DNA of 59,175 nucleotides from an uncultured Clostridia bacterium (GCA_947631415.1 CANRLG010000006.1:1-59175), one strand, 5' to 3'; positions 43,891 through 55,166 are shown, counted from the stretch's first letter. The notes: generated from the sequence alone by a model not told the origin. Translations and numbers: made by a program.

Positions 43891-44355
43891 CTAGTATAAT
43901 TTAACTTCATCTATTCCTTCAAATTCTTTTACCTTAATTAATCTAATTTTCTCTTTTATTTCTTCACTTAATTCTTCATAACACATTGAGGTTTCTCCAC
44001 CAACACTTTCACAGTCATCTTCTATAAAAATATCTGGCATTTCTTCTTTTATTAAAGTAGCATAACTTTGTCTTGATTGTCTATACCCTACCATTGAGCC
44101 TTCAAAGCCCAATTCATCTATATGTCTTGCCATTTTCATTGCCTGTCTTCCTCTTAAAGAAGTTAAGTATATTATTTCATAGCCTTCTTCTTGCCATTTT
44201 CTTAGAGTTTCTATGGCATTTTTAATTGGAACATAACCTAATATATGTATTCTAGAGAAAAAATTATTATGTTTTGGTTTAAGTATTGTTCCCTCAATAA
44301 ATATCATTATCTTTTTATTATTGTTTTTTATTTTATCAATTATTATGTACCCCAT
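43891..44355 (-). CDS. HAD-like fold hypothetical protein
   Basis: IFIEGTIL (motif I-like, no Asp), YLTS, IEDD. Confidence 0.5.
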   Translation of the reverse strand: MGYIIIDKIKNNNKKIMIFIEGTILKPKHNNFFSRIHILGYVPIKNAIETLRKWQEEGYEIIYLTSLRGRQAMKMARHIDELGFEGSMVGYRQSRQSYATLIKEEMPDIFIEDDCESVGGETSMCYEELSEEIKEKIRLIKVKEFEGIDEVKLY

Positions 44356-44386
44356 TATATACCACCTACTTATTTTAATACTTCTT

Positions 44387-46366
44387 TTATTCCATATTTT
44401 TTAATTTTTGTATAAAATCTCTTATTGTTGCTGCTTTTTCAAATTCATATTTTCTAGCATACGACATCATTTCTTCTGTTAATCTTTCAATAGATTGCTC
44501 TATACTCTCTCCTTTATTAATTTTTACTTTTTCATTTTCCTCCTCTTGTGCAAATGTAGCTTTAACTTTATCTTGAATTGCCTTTTTAATTGTTTGTGGA
44601 ACAATTCCATGTTCCTCATTGTACTTCATTTGTATTTTCCTTCTTCTATTAGTTTCATGTATTGCCTTTTCCATTGACTCTGTTAACTCATCTGCATACA
44701 TTATAACTCGACCATTTGAATTTCTTGCAGCTCTACCTATTGTCTGTATTAGTGAACGTTCACTTCTTAAAAATCCCTCTTTGTCTGCATCAAGAATTGT
44801 AACAAGAGATACTTCTGGTATATCTAACCCCTCTCTTAATAAGTTAATACCAACTAATACATCAAATTTACCAAGTCTTAAATCTCTAATTATTTCAAGT
44901 CTATCTAAAGCTTCTATATCTGAGTGCATATATCTTACTTTAATATCTTTCTGAGTAAGATATGCTGTAAGTTCCTCCGCCATTTTTTTAGTTAGAGTTG
45001 TAACTAAAACTCTCTCTCCTTTAGCTACCACTTCTTTTATATTTGCTGTTAAATCTTCTATTTGCTCATCCGTTGGTTTTACAATTATCTCTGGGTCAAG
45101 TAAACCAGTTGGTCGAATAATTTGTTCAGCAACAACACTAGAATGTTCTTTCTCATATTCTGCAGGAGTAGCACTAACAAAGATAATTTGTTTAACTTTT
45201 TTCTCCCATTCTTCAAATTTTAAAGGACGGTTATCAAAAGCAGACGGTAATCTAAATCCGTTATCTACTAATGCCTCTTTACGTGCTCTATCTCCATTAT
45301 ACATACCTCTAATTTGTGGTATCGTTACATGTGATTCATCTACAACTACTAAAAAGTCATCACCTAAATAATCAAAAAGAGTATAAGGTGTTGAACCTTT
45401 TCCCCTACCAGAAAGAACAGCAGAATAATTTTCTATCCCTTGACAAAAACCTGTTTCTTTTAACATTTCCATGTCAAAATTAGTTCTCTGTTCAATTCTA
45501 TATGCCTCTACTATCTTATCTCTTTCTTTAAAATATTTAATTCTTTCTTCAAGTTCTTCTTTTATTTTCTCTATAGCTTTATCTATCTTATCTCTTTGAA
45601 TAACGTAATGAGATTTAGGATAGATAAATTCATGTTTAGATGTAGCCCTTACTTTTCCACTTATTGCCTCAATTAAACAAACTCTATCTATTTCATCTCC
45701 AAAAAATTCAAGTCTAATTGCTTCTTCATTGTTTCCAGCAGGAAAAATATCTAGTACATCTCCCTTAACTCTAAAATCTCCACGATTAAAGTCTACTTCA
45801 TTTCTGATATATTGCATTTCAACAAGTTTCTTCATTACTTCATCTCGAGAAATTTGCATTCCAGGTCTTACAGACAATACCATACTATTATAATCTTCTG
45901 GAGAGCCTAAAGAATATATTGATGAAACAGAAGCTACTATTATTACATCTTTTCTTTCAAAAAGAGCTGCTGTTGCACTGTGTCTTAATTTATCTATTTC
46001 ATCATTTATTTGACTCTCTTTTTCAATATATGTGTCAGTAGATGCAATATATGCCTCTGGTTGATAATAATCATAATATGATATAAAATACTCAACTGCG
46101 TTTTCAGGGAAAAACTCCTTGAGTTCGCTATAAAGTTGACCTGCAAGTGTTTTATTATGTGCCATAACTATAGTTGGTTTATTTATCTGTGAAATTACAT
46201 TTGCTATTGTAAATGTTTTTCCACTACCTGTAACACCAAGTAGAGTTTGACCTTTATTTCCGCTTTTTATGCCATCTACAAGCGTTTTTATTGCCTCTGG
46301 TTGATCTCCTGTAGGATTATATTTTGAATGTAATTTAAACAATTTTTCCTCTGGTTTTCTTTCCAT
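44387..46366 (-). CDS. uvrB: Excinuclease ABC subunit B
   Basis: [40 protein letters not shown] domain. Confidence 0.97.
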   Translation of the reverse strand: MERKPEEKLFKLHSKYNPTGDQPEAIKTLVDGIKSGNKGQTLLGVTGSGKTFTIANVISQINKPTIVMAHNKTLAGQLYSELKEFFPENAVEYFISYYDYYQPEAYIASTDTYIEKESQINDEIDKLRHSATAALFERKDVIIVASVSSIYSLGSPEDYNSMVLSVRPGMQISRDEVMKKLVEMQYIRNEVDFNRGDFRVKGDVLDIFPAGNNEEAIRLEFFGDEIDRVCLIEAISGKVRATSKHEFIYPKSHYVIQRDKIDKAIEKIKEELEERIKYFKERDKIVEAYRIEQRTNFDMEMLKETGFCQGIENYSAVLSGRGKGSTPYTLFDYLGDDFLVVVDESHVTIPQIRGMYNGDRARKEALVDNGFRLPSAFDNRPLKFEEWEKKVKQIIFVSATPAEYEKEHSSVVAEQIIRPTGLLDPEIIVKPTDEQIEDLTANIKEVVAKGERVLVTTLTKKMAEELTAYLTQKDIKVRYMHSDIEALDRLEIIRDLRLGKFDVLVGINLLREGLDIPEVSLVTILDADKEGFLRSERSLIQTIGRAARNSNGRVIMYADELTESMEKAIHETNRRRKIQMKYNEEHGIVPQTIKKAIQDKVKATFAQEEENEKVKINKGESIEQSIERLTEEMMSYARKYEFEKAATIRDFIQKLKNME

Positions 46367-46378
46367 TTTTTTCCTTTC

Positions 46379-46505
46379 TTGTGACCTAATTAAATTTTAA
46401 AAAAGACAACAGTCAGCCTAGTATTCGTCCCCAAATTCGTCCCCAAAGGACAAAATTTTACTGGTTAATAGTTAATTTTTTAATAAGGACGAATATAGGT
46501 CACAA
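46379..46505. repeat. Nested inverted-repeat (REP/MITE-like) element in the uvrB leader
   Basis: TTGTGACCTA (46379) / TAGGTCACAA (46496) terminal IR; tandem ATTCGTCCCCAA twice, complementary to GGACGAAT at 46487. Confidence 0.6.
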
Positions 46506-46602
46506 ATTTATTTTGTATAACTAAATGATATTATATAACAAAAAACGTTATTTTTTACTATATAATAATACCATTTTTTGCTTGAAAAAACAAGGCTTTT
46601 AA
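46486..46602. repeat. Direct repeat copy 1 (contains the uvrB promoter)
   Basis: Aligns with 56681-56782; minus-strand TTGTTT-17 nt-TATTAT with TG at 46565-46593. Confidence 0.8.
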
Positions 46603-46621
46603 GAAACCTTGTTTTCTTCAA
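46582..46621 (-). terminator. Terminator of the pilus operon, overlapping the uvrB -35
   Basis: AAAACAAGG/CCTTGTTTT stem, with a U-run on the minus strand. Confidence 0.7.
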
Positions 46622-46631
46622 TATCTCTTTA

Positions 46632-47222
46632 TTATACTCTTTTTAATCTAATTAGAGTTCTATATTTCATATCTATATTCCTACATGTAAATAATGTTAA
46701 ATCCCACTCTCCGTCATACAATTGCGAACTGTTTTCTTGATATACATTTTCTTTATTTATTACCTCATAATTAAATATATTTCCCTCTATATCCATAAAT
46801 TCTACCTTGTCACCTATAAATAATTTATCTAAATTTCCAAAATGAGATTTATAATTATGAGCAATTATTACAGCATCATTTTTATATATGCTTCCTTTAT
46901 ATAATGTAGGTGATATTTTTAAATAATCTTGATTATAACTACTAATTACAGGTAATTTTACTTCTATATTTTCTATGGATATTACTCCTATATAACTTAT
47001 TCCATTATATTTTATAGTTGGCATTTTTTTATCTGGATCTATATCATCTGATATATTTTTCATGGTATTAATAATAGTACTAATGTTATCCACTGCATTT
47101 TTAGATTTGTTTCCTGCAATATAATCTGATATTAAATTATACATTACAAGAGTTAAAGCGGATATTATTAATAATATTCCCACTATCAAAAAAGATTTAG
47201 ATGTATTTATTTTTTTACTCAT
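46632..47222 (-). CDS. Sortase (second sortase of the pilus locus)
   Basis: IAHNY..HFG, LTLFTC, Arg; N-terminal TM. Confidence 0.85.
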   Translation of the reverse strand: MSKKINTSKSFLIVGILLIISALTLVMYNLISDYIAGNKSKNAVDNISTIINTMKNISDDIDPDKKMPTIKYNGISYIGVISIENIEVKLPVISSYNQDYLKISPTLYKGSIYKNDAVIIAHNYKSHFGNLDKLFIGDKVEFMDIEGNIFNYEVINKENVYQENSSQLYDGEWDLTLFTCRNIDMKYRTLIRLKRV

Positions 47223-48162
47223 GTAACTTTCTATCTCTTCTTCTAAATAGTATTGAAATAGCTATTGAAACTAATCCACTACCAACTAAAACAGGCACTG
47301 GCCACCATAATTGACCTGTATTTGGTAACTCAATTAAATATGTGTTAGTAACATAAAATTCATCTCCTTGATATGTTACTTCACTTTTATATTTACTTCT
47401 TTCTTGTTCATTTAAATTTTCAACTACAGACCAATCAAATGTATTATCTAAATCTTTCCATACATGTGTCCAGTGGTTTTCTTCATTTAAAATAATTTCA
47501 TCATATAAAATACCATTTTTTAATAAAGAAATTTTTATTTCTTTAGGTCTATTTTCAGTATATCCTTCATCTACCCATCTTTTTATTACACGTTTATCTG
47601 TTATTTTTGACATATCTACATCTAATGTGTATTTTGGATATATATTAACATTATATTCCCAAACATCCTGTACTTGCATATCTGGAAGACTTACGAAAAA
47701 GTCTTGTGGAGTATAAGTTTTAGCTCCTACCACTAAATTTTCTGTAGAAACAAAATATAAACCTAAATCCATATTTTCAAGTTTGGCAATACCATATTCA
47801 TTTGTATATATTTCATAATCAGAAGATATTTCATTTGCTTTTACACATTCTGAAACACTATATAATAATTCATTCCAACCTTGCTGATCTTGATAATCAT
47901 ATATAAAATTATATTCTTTAAATCTATCAACTGTTGTATATACACCAACCTCAGATATATCCGCAATTTTATAGACCTTAAATTTTGCATTTGATAATGC
48001 ATTTTGATCAGTATCAACAAAAGTGATTGTAAGATTTGCAGTTCGATTTTTATCTATTTTAGGCACATTATTTGTTATAATTGGTACAGCTACAACAGTA
48101 TGTAACTGAAATAAAATTACCATCATAATAATGTATTTTATTATATTGATATTTTTATGCAC
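47215..48162 (-). CDS. Ancillary pilin with Cna-B domain
   Basis: IYPK, KRWVD..RPKEI Cna-B pattern, LPNTG + TM + basic tail. Confidence 0.8.
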   Translation of the reverse strand: MHKNINIIKYIIMMVILFQLHTVVAVPIITNNVPKIDKNRTANLTITFVDTDQNALSNAKFKVYKIADISEVGVYTTVDRFKEYNFIYDYQDQQGWNELLYSVSECVKANEISSDYEIYTNEYGIAKLENMDLGLYFVSTENLVVGAKTYTPQDFFVSLPDMQVQDVWEYNVNIYPKYTLDVDMSKITDKRVIKRWVDEGYTENRPKEIKISLLKNGILYDEIILNEENHWTHVWKDLDNTFDWSVVENLNEQERSKYKSEVTYQGDEFYVTNTYLIELPNTGQLWWPVPVLVGSGLVSIAISILFRRRDRKLHE

Positions 48163-48181
48163 AATCTTATATCACCTCACT

Positions 48182-49477
48182 TTATTTTTTTATTACGATA
48201 TTAAAAATATGTTTAGATTTACCATTTCTACCTTTATTTTTCTTCTTTTTCTTTTTATATGAACTACTTACATTAGTAGTAGCAGACCTCACGCCATAAC
48301 TTGTTTTTTGTTTTTCAACTTTCATATCAAAAATTTTATTATGTACACGTGCTCCTTTTCTACTATTAACATTATGTGTAGTCTGCTTTTTATTTTCTTT
48401 TATTTTAGAGAAAAATCCATCTATTATTCCTACACATAATTCTAGATGCTGTTTTATATAATTATAAATATTATTTACTACAATATATTTTTTATTTTTT
48501 CGAATACGGTTATTTACTTTATCATTAACTTTACCTTTTCTTCTATGATGTATAGTATTTATTTTTGGTCTACTATTTTTTTCTAATTTTATCTTTTCAT
48601 TATCTTTTTGTGTATTATTTATTTGTTGGGTTCCTAGCTTAGTATTATGTATCTTAAGCATACTATTTTTTAATTTCTTTTTATATAAAACAAATGCCAC
48701 TATACAAGCCACTAATATAATACCAACTATCAATACTATTTTCCATATACCATTATTCTCATTTTCCTCATTATTCTCTATAGTTTGTTCTCTCATATCT
48801 ATTATATCTATTTTGTGTCCTCTAACAAGTAATCTATGGGAATTTATTCCATATGGAGTACATGTGACTAATGTTGCATACGACTTTCCTTCTTCAATTT
48901 TTAAATAATCTACTTTATCTGGTGTTACGACTTCTATTTGATCAACTTCATATGCTACCTTTTGAGATAAAACATTTACGTAGAATACATCACCTACAGC
49001 TAGTTTATCCAAGTCAGTAAACAACTTAGAAGAAGGTAACCCTCTATGTCCAAGTAATACTGTATGTGTTGAACATTCTCCTGTTGGAAAAGAGCTACCT
49101 TCTAATAATCCAACAGATATTTGAAGAACTTCTTCACTAGATCCATAATATATAGGTTCAACAATGTCTATTTTAGGAATTTCAATGTAACCTATATTTC
49201 CCTCTAATATTTCAAGTCCATTCAAAATATCTATTTCCTTATTAAAAGTTAAAACACTATTATCTGTTAATTCAAATAAATATTTATTATATTCTTTTAT
49301 TTTATTCATTATTCTGTCATATTCTTCAGAATCTAAATTATTAACTTCCTCAATATATCTTGCAACAATTTTAGATTGAATCAAAGAATTATAATAATTA
49401 CCAATAGTTGGATACAACATTAGGGCTATTCCTACAAGAAAACATAATTCTACGATAATATTAGATATTTTTTTCAT
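48182..49477 (-). CDS. srtC: Class C pilin-polymerising sortase with long basic C-terminal tail
   Basis: GHRGLP, TLVTCTPYGINSHRLLVRG, N- and C-terminal TMs. Confidence 0.9.
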   Translation of the reverse strand: MKKISNIIVELCFLVGIALMLYPTIGNYYNSLIQSKIVARYIEEVNNLDSEEYDRIMNKIKEYNKYLFELTDNSVLTFNKEIDILNGLEILEGNIGYIEIPKIDIVEPIYYGSSEEVLQISVGLLEGSSFPTGECSTHTVLLGHRGLPSSKLFTDLDKLAVGDVFYVNVLSQKVAYEVDQIEVVTPDKVDYLKIEEGKSYATLVTCTPYGINSHRLLVRGHKIDIIDMREQTIENNEENENNGIWKIVLIVGIILVACIVAFVLYKKKLKNSMLKIHNTKLGTQQINNTQKDNEKIKLEKNSRPKINTIHHRRKGKVNDKVNNRIRKNKKYIVVNNIYNYIKQHLELCVGIIDGFFSKIKENKKQTTHNVNSRKGARVHNKIFDMKVEKQKTSYGVRSATTNVSSSYKKKKKKNKGRNGKSKHIFNIVIKK

Positions 49478-49509
49478 AAGAATCTCCCTCATGTAAGTTT
49501 TATTTTTAT

Positions 49510-51171
49510 TTATCTATTTAAGCTTTTTGTTTTAATTAGGAATAAAGTAGATCCAAATACTAATATACCTCCAATTACGTAGAATATTACTGTACCTATT
49601 CCACCTGTTCCAGGTAGTAATGAACCAGGATAGTTCAATACTGTAGCTTCAACAGAACCTGTATCTACATTTCCTTCACTTGTTATACTTTTTTCTTTTT
49701 CATTTTCAACAACAGTTGCCTTTAATGAAAGTCTATCTAAAGATTGAGTAAATTCATTTTCTAAATTTCCTGTCAATTCTTCATCTATCTCTATTGTAAC
49801 ATCATTCATTTTATTATATCCATCAAGAACAGTTGTCTCTTTAAGATAATATGTACCTGCTTTTAATCCATTTAGTGAAGTATGTCCTTGTGCATCAGTA
49901 GATAATTCTGTTGCTTGGTCAATATCTTCTGTCCATCCTGTAAGAGTATTTGTTGCCTCATCTACTTGAGCATATAGAGTTTTTCCATCTTCTTGTTTAT
50001 ATAGTTTAAATCCAACACCTTCCAATGCTTGTTGAGTTTTTCCATTCAATTTTTTTATACTAAATTCATATGTAAATACCTTAATTTTTTCTTCAGGTGT
50101 AGTTGTTGTAGACTCCTGACCACCAGCATTTGGGTTATTTGAAAATTCCAAATGTGCTTTATTTGTATTTCCTTCAGTACCAACAACCGCATCTTTTGTT
50201 AATTTTGCTTGATATTTAACTATTATTTTACTGTCTTTATTTACTTCTGCAATAGTCTTTAAATCATCAATTGATACACTTATATTTTTTCCTTCTGCTG
50301 AAACAGTAAACTTAGATGTAATATCTTGTTCAATTCCATCATCATTTACTAAAAATACTTTTAAACTATCAGCTACATAATCTAGACCTACAGAAAGTGT
50401 ATCACTAAATGCATATTTATATGTAGTATAATCATCATATGTTGTAGGTAATGTACCTTCCAATTTATAATTAATTACATCTCCAATTTCAGCACTTAAT
50501 GCTTTAAGTACCTCTTCACCGTCAAGGCTTTCTGTTTTTTCTAAAGTTGGTACACTTCCTTTTACCTTTATTTTTTGATCTTTAATAACTTGTAAAATAT
50601 ATCTTGTATAAGCTTCACTTGTACCAGCTAAATCTTTAGAATCTTTTATAAAATAATAACCTGCGTTATCAACTTCCATTTTATATACATTATCACTATA
50701 TGTTGAAGTTACACATTCACTAGTTAAATGTTCACTTACAATTTCAGCAAAAGCTTGAGCCATATCTGAATCATATTCATATAATTCTAATACTTCTGCA
50801 ACATCTCTAGCATATGTACAATCTGCAAAAATCTCGCTTAAAGCTTTTGTACTTCCAGTAGGCTCACTACCTGTACCATCTGCTTTTAATCTTCTTTCAC
50901 TAACTGTAACATTTGATGATTTTAAAGCACTTAATAGTTCAGTTGATTCTACTCCACTTCCCCATTTAACATTGCTTAGCACACCAGTTTTACCTTCATC
51001 TAAAAGCCCTTCAAATACTTGATATGCTTGATATTCATGACCTTGCCCAGAACCCTCGAGCGTTATTGTCAATTTTGATTCAGCATTAACTATACATGTT
51101 ACTGAACAAACAATCAACAATAGAACTACTAATAATGTAGCTATAAATTTGTTATTTTTAACATTTACCAT
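49510..51171 (-). CDS. Backbone pilin (SpaA/SpaH-type, isopeptide D2 domain)
   Basis: IGDVINY, DTLSVGL, N.A.LEFSNNPN, E-box YYLKET, LPGTGG sorting signal. Confidence 0.88.
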   Translation of the reverse strand: MVNVKNNKFIATLLVVLLLIVCSVTCIVNAESKLTITLEGSGQGHEYQAYQVFEGLLDEGKTGVLSNVKWGSGVESTELLSALKSSNVTVSERRLKADGTGSEPTGSTKALSEIFADCTYARDVAEVLELYEYDSDMAQAFAEIVSEHLTSECVTSTYSDNVYKMEVDNAGYYFIKDSKDLAGTSEAYTRYILQVIKDQKIKVKGSVPTLEKTESLDGEEVLKALSAEIGDVINYKLEGTLPTTYDDYTTYKYAFSDTLSVGLDYVADSLKVFLVNDDGIEQDITSKFTVSAEGKNISVSIDDLKTIAEVNKDSKIIVKYQAKLTKDAVVGTEGNTNKAHLEFSNNPNAGGQESTTTTPEEKIKVFTYEFSIKKLNGKTQQALEGVGFKLYKQEDGKTLYAQVDEATNTLTGWTEDIDQATELSTDAQGHTSLNGLKAGTYYLKETTVLDGYNKMNDVTIEIDEELTGNLENEFTQSLDRLSLKATVVENEKEKSITSEGNVDTGSVEATVLNYPGSLLPGTGGIGTVIFYVIGGILVFGSTLFLIKTKSLNR

Positions 51172-54100
51172 CTTCTTATCCCCTTCCTTTGAAATTTAAG
51201 TTGATTTTTTTTATTTAATAATCTTGGTACAATCATTAATAACATTCCTGATATAATGTAGATTGTTACTCCGCTTCCACCAGCTTCAGGTATTTCCCAC
51301 GTATCTACTTTATATTTTATAATTCCATTATTACCTAAATAAGTATTCAAACTTATATCATTTGTATCATCAGTTGTACTACCAATAGTTGGTAGATAGT
51401 AATTTTTAGAAGTTTCTGTTTCATTTAATGTCTTTCTACCAATACTTTGGTGCAGATCACCAACTCTAAGTCCACCTATTTTAGTTGCAAGTATCCAATT
51501 ACCATTATTTCTATCTTCTGGAATCGTTGCTTCAAAATCATACGTTTCTTCGTATTTTCCGCTTGAATCTACCCAGCAAACATATTCTCCTCTTTTAACA
51601 GACTCTCCTGAAAAACCTGAACCAAATTCAGAACCTTTTCTTGAAACTAAGAGTTGAACTTTTTCTCCTTTATTATCTGGTTTAGGTATATAATAATCTC
51701 CTGCTATAAAATAGAACTCATCTGAACTTGGATTTTGACCATATTTAATTATATCATTCTTTAAAGTAATAACCTCTCCAACTGTAACTTCATTTTTGCT
51801 AAGTGCATCTCTTATAGAATCCAAAGCTTCCTGATTAGGTTGTCCATCAACTGTCGTACCAGGATATTCACCATCATACCTTTTTCCTTCAAAATATAAA
51901 GCATCCTCATTAGTTATACGTTTTAAGTTTCCTCCTTCTTCAACCAAATAAGCTTCTTTGTATAAAATCAAATTCTTTTGAAATATATAATACCTATTAG
52001 TTGATCCAGGAGATAACGTTATAAGTGGATCTCCTCTAGATTCTGCCTCTTGAGTATCAGAAATATATTTATCATAAACAGAATTTGTATAATAGTTTGA
52101 ATACAAATATAATTCACCATCTTTTATATGCTCTTTTCTATATTTTTTATCAATTTTAGATAAATCAATTTCTTTATTATCATCAATTAGCATATCTTTA
52201 CTAATTCCAACAGAATAGAATATTCTAAGTGGTGTTGTTGCTTTTTTGTCACTTAAATTAGTTTTATATTCTGTAATATTTGCATGTGCATCCAATGTTA
52301 TATTTGCTACTTGAAGTGGTATTGATGATGCAGGTAGGTTAACATATAATGCATCAAAGAATTCACTATCAGTCTCTATTCCACCACTATCAAAGTTATC
52401 ATCTTTATAATTTCCAGTATCCTCAACCCATATACGAATATCATTTAGTTTAAATACTCCAGGGAAAGTTGTATAATTAAGTTCATTTGCTGTTGCAGGT
52501 ACTGAATCTCCATAAGCAGGATTTATAATAATTTTATTCCTATCTTCAGCATCCATATCCAACCTATAGAAAATATATTTAGTATTTTGTTGCTTTTGCG
52601 ATATATTATCATCATTAACATCCAGTGTTGGAACGTATTGTTTTGCCAAATCTGCATTTAAGTAATACGTCCATCCTGTAGCAAACGAGCCGTTATTTGC
52701 ATCATACTCTACTTTTTCACTACCATCTGGCTGTGTAGTTACTTTATACCAACCTGGTTCAAAAGTTCCTGATGTACTATTATGCTCTGGGCCTAAATGT
52801 TCAATATTAAATTTATAATCATACACAGCGGATTTTACTAAATTATATAGATTTCCATATAAAAGCATACTACTAACATTATTAACTTCCATATACTGAC
52901 CAACAGGATCAACATATGTTAAAGAAGAATTTACACCGAAATCATTGAGTCCTTCTACTGGAACAAAAGCTGGCTCTTTAATACTTTCAACAATTTCATC
53001 AAATGCTGTACCTATAGATCCTGTTACATCTGAAACACTTTGTGCATAATATGCTTTAGTAACATAGTTAACGTCAATATCTTTATTAGATAAATTATAT
53101 GGATTATTTGTATCATTACCAGATTCTAAATTTGGATAAGTCAAATTATCATAACTATCTGTTATCATATACGCATTACTATGACTAGGTCCAATTGGTG
53201 GAGTTGCTGTATACTCTGTATTTTTGTATGTTGCTTTTCCATCTTTCATATCAGTATATAATCCCTTGAATTCCGAATATGCAGAATAATATTTTAGCTT
53301 ATCTCTTGAAGTATTTGAGCTTGGGTTATTTTTAAACTCATTATAAGCATCAATAGCATCACATAATCCTAAAATTGTCTCTGAACCTACTGTATATGGC
53401 TCATATATAAAATCATCTTCAGTTAAATTATCCAAATCTGCTGTCTGCTTAATATATCCCTTATCTTTTAACCATTCCTTGTTAAAATATTCATTTGGAT
53501 TTACTGTAGGTGGATTCGTAGTTATTTTTTCTTTACCACTTGCTATATTTTTTGTAGGTGAAGTCAAATCAATATCATTAGGATCTGTCATATCAACTGA
53601 TATTGTATACACTTTACAATCCGAACCGTATTCCTTCTTTACGGCAGCTTTAGCATAACCATTTGTCATAAGAGTACTAAATAGTATAGCTCCTTGTGTT
53701 GAACGAACTTGTTTTGCAAATTCTTCCATATTTGTTCTACCTGTAGAATCTGGATTTACATCATTTTTTCCGCTCCCACTTGGAGTAGATTGCGTTAAAC
53801 CACCATCACCATATCCTACTTGTTCAAGTGTTTGTACACCATTTTTATTTGTAAGATGCATATACATATTCCAGTCATATGTCCATTTTGTATCAGATTC
53901 ACGCCATTCTTCTGTGTATTTTGCATTTTTATTTCCTCTATCATTTGTATATCCATAAGCAAGAATATTTTTACCTATTCTAAAATCTGACCATATACCT
54001 TGTAACATATCTGTTGCTGCTCCATCTGTTAAACAAACCATATTAGGAACATATCCAAATTTATAACCATCAATAACTACTTCTTTTTTAGCTTTTAATA

Positions 54101-54968
54101 ATTCCTGAAATCCAACATAAAATCCAGCATGAATATTTGTTGTTCCATTTTTGTATGTGTCATATCTATTATCAGTATTTAACGAAGAATTTACTTCAAA
54201 TCTATCATTTACGTACATTTTATCTACATATACATACCCTGAACCATTATTTGCTATAGAATAATCTTGTACAGGATTTGCTGGTACATCATCACTATTT
54301 TTTGATGCCCAACCACAATCTAAATATTTATATGGATTATTCTTATCATTACTAATTGGATAATGTCCCATTGGCATGATTACCTCAGCAGTATCATGAT
54401 TTTCTTGTTCTATTCCATTCTTTCTTCCATTACCAAATAATACAACTGAAACCTCATTATATGATCCTGCTCTCATTAACTCATCTATTGCTTTATTTAC
54501 AGATGTAATTGTTTTATATACTCTTGTATTCACAAAAGTAGTGCTATTTGAATACATAGAACCAGAATTATCTATTATAATTACAGTTTTTGCAGGAGGA
54601 AGTCCAACCCATGATTGGCTTGCTCCTAGTGTTGAAAAGGCATGTAAAAATTCACCATCATTTTTGATAGTACCTGTATATCCATCAGTATCATAATCTA
54701 AATTAATATCTCCAGTAAATACACTCTTGTCTGTCCAAACTCTTCCTACATATCTACTTCCATTAGTTTCACTTATTAATTTATCCTGATATGTATCCAT
54801 AGTGCTTGTATCAGCTATTTTTGTTATTTTACTACTATCTATATTTACTGCACAAACAGACGGAAATATTATAGTTGTACTAGTTAAAATACATAAAATT
54901 ATAGCTGTACATAGTTTATATGCTCTTTTTTGAAAAACATGACTTACTCTTTTTGCATATTTTAACAC
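51165..54968 (-). CDS. Pilus tip adhesin with VWA domain
   Basis: MIDAS DNSGS...T...LTDG; signal peptide; IPEAGG + TM + basic tail. Confidence 0.82.
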   Translation of the reverse strand: MLKYAKRVSHVFQKRAYKLCTAIILCILTSTTIIFPSVCAVNIDSSKITKIADTSTMDTYQDKLISETNGSRYVGRVWTDKSVFTGDINLDYDTDGYTGTIKNDGEFLHAFSTLGASQSWVGLPPAKTVIIIDNSGSMYSNSTTFVNTRVYKTITSVNKAIDELMRAGSYNEVSVVLFGNGRKNGIEQENHDTAEVIMPMGHYPISNDKNNPYKYLDCGWASKNSDDVPANPVQDYSIANNGSGYVYVDKMYVNDRFEVNSSLNTDNRYDTYKNGTTNIHAGFYVGFQELLKAKKEVVIDGYKFGYVPNMVCLTDGAATDMLQGIWSDFRIGKNILAYGYTNDRGNKNAKYTEEWRESDTKWTYDWNMYMHLTNKNGVQTLEQVGYGDGGLTQSTPSGSGKNDVNPDSTGRTNMEEFAKQVRSTQGAILFSTLMTNGYAKAAVKKEYGSDCKVYTISVDMTDPNDIDLTSPTKNIASGKEKITTNPPTVNPNEYFNKEWLKDKGYIKQTADLDNLTEDDFIYEPYTVGSETILGLCDAIDAYNEFKNNPSSNTSRDKLKYYSAYSEFKGLYTDMKDGKATYKNTEYTATPPIGPSHSNAYMITDSYDNLTYPNLESGNDTNNPYNLSNKDIDVNYVTKAYYAQSVSDVTGSIGTAFDEIVESIKEPAFVPVEGLNDFGVNSSLTYVDPVGQYMEVNNVSSMLLYGNLYNLVKSAVYDYKFNIEHLGPEHNSTSGTFEPGWYKVTTQPDGSEKVEYDANNGSFATGWTYYLNADLAKQYVPTLDVNDDNISQKQQNTKYIFYRLDMDAEDRNKIIINPAYGDSVPATANELNYTTFPGVFKLNDIRIWVEDTGNYKDDNFDSGGIETDSEFFDALYVNLPASSIPLQVANITLDAHANITEYKTNLSDKKATTPLRIFYSVGISKDMLIDDNKEIDLSKIDKKYRKEHIKDGELYLYSNYYTNSVYDKYISDTQEAESRGDPLITLSPGSTNRYYIFQKNLILYKEAYLVEEGGNLKRITNEDALYFEGKRYDGEYPGTTVDGQPNQEALDSIRDALSKNEVTVGEVITLKNDIIKYGQNPSSDEFYFIAGDYYIPKPDNKGEKVQLLVSRKGSEFGSGFSGESVKRGEYVCWVDSSGKYEETYDFEATIPEDRNNGNWILATKIGGLRVGDLHQSIGRKTLNETETSKNYYLPTIGSTTDDTNDISLNTYLGNNGIIKYKVDTWEIPEAGGSGVTIYIISGMLLMIVPRLLNKKNQLKFQRKGIRRW

Positions 54969-55166
54969 TTTTTCACCTTCTCACAATTTCATTTTTATAT
55001 TATCATATCCGCATTACAATTTTCCATTAATTTTGCGATAATCATATATATTGCACTTTCTATGTCACATAAACGTTTTTTTTTTTTCATATTTTTGTCA
55101 TATTGTTTTTTTGCTGTAATTTCTAATAAAAATCCGCATATATAATTGTGAAGTGGTTTTCTATAA

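Noticed and set aside
46423-46446. CRISPR-like array from the ATTCGTCCCCAA repeats
   Set aside because: Only two adjacent 12-nt units, no spacers, no cas genes.
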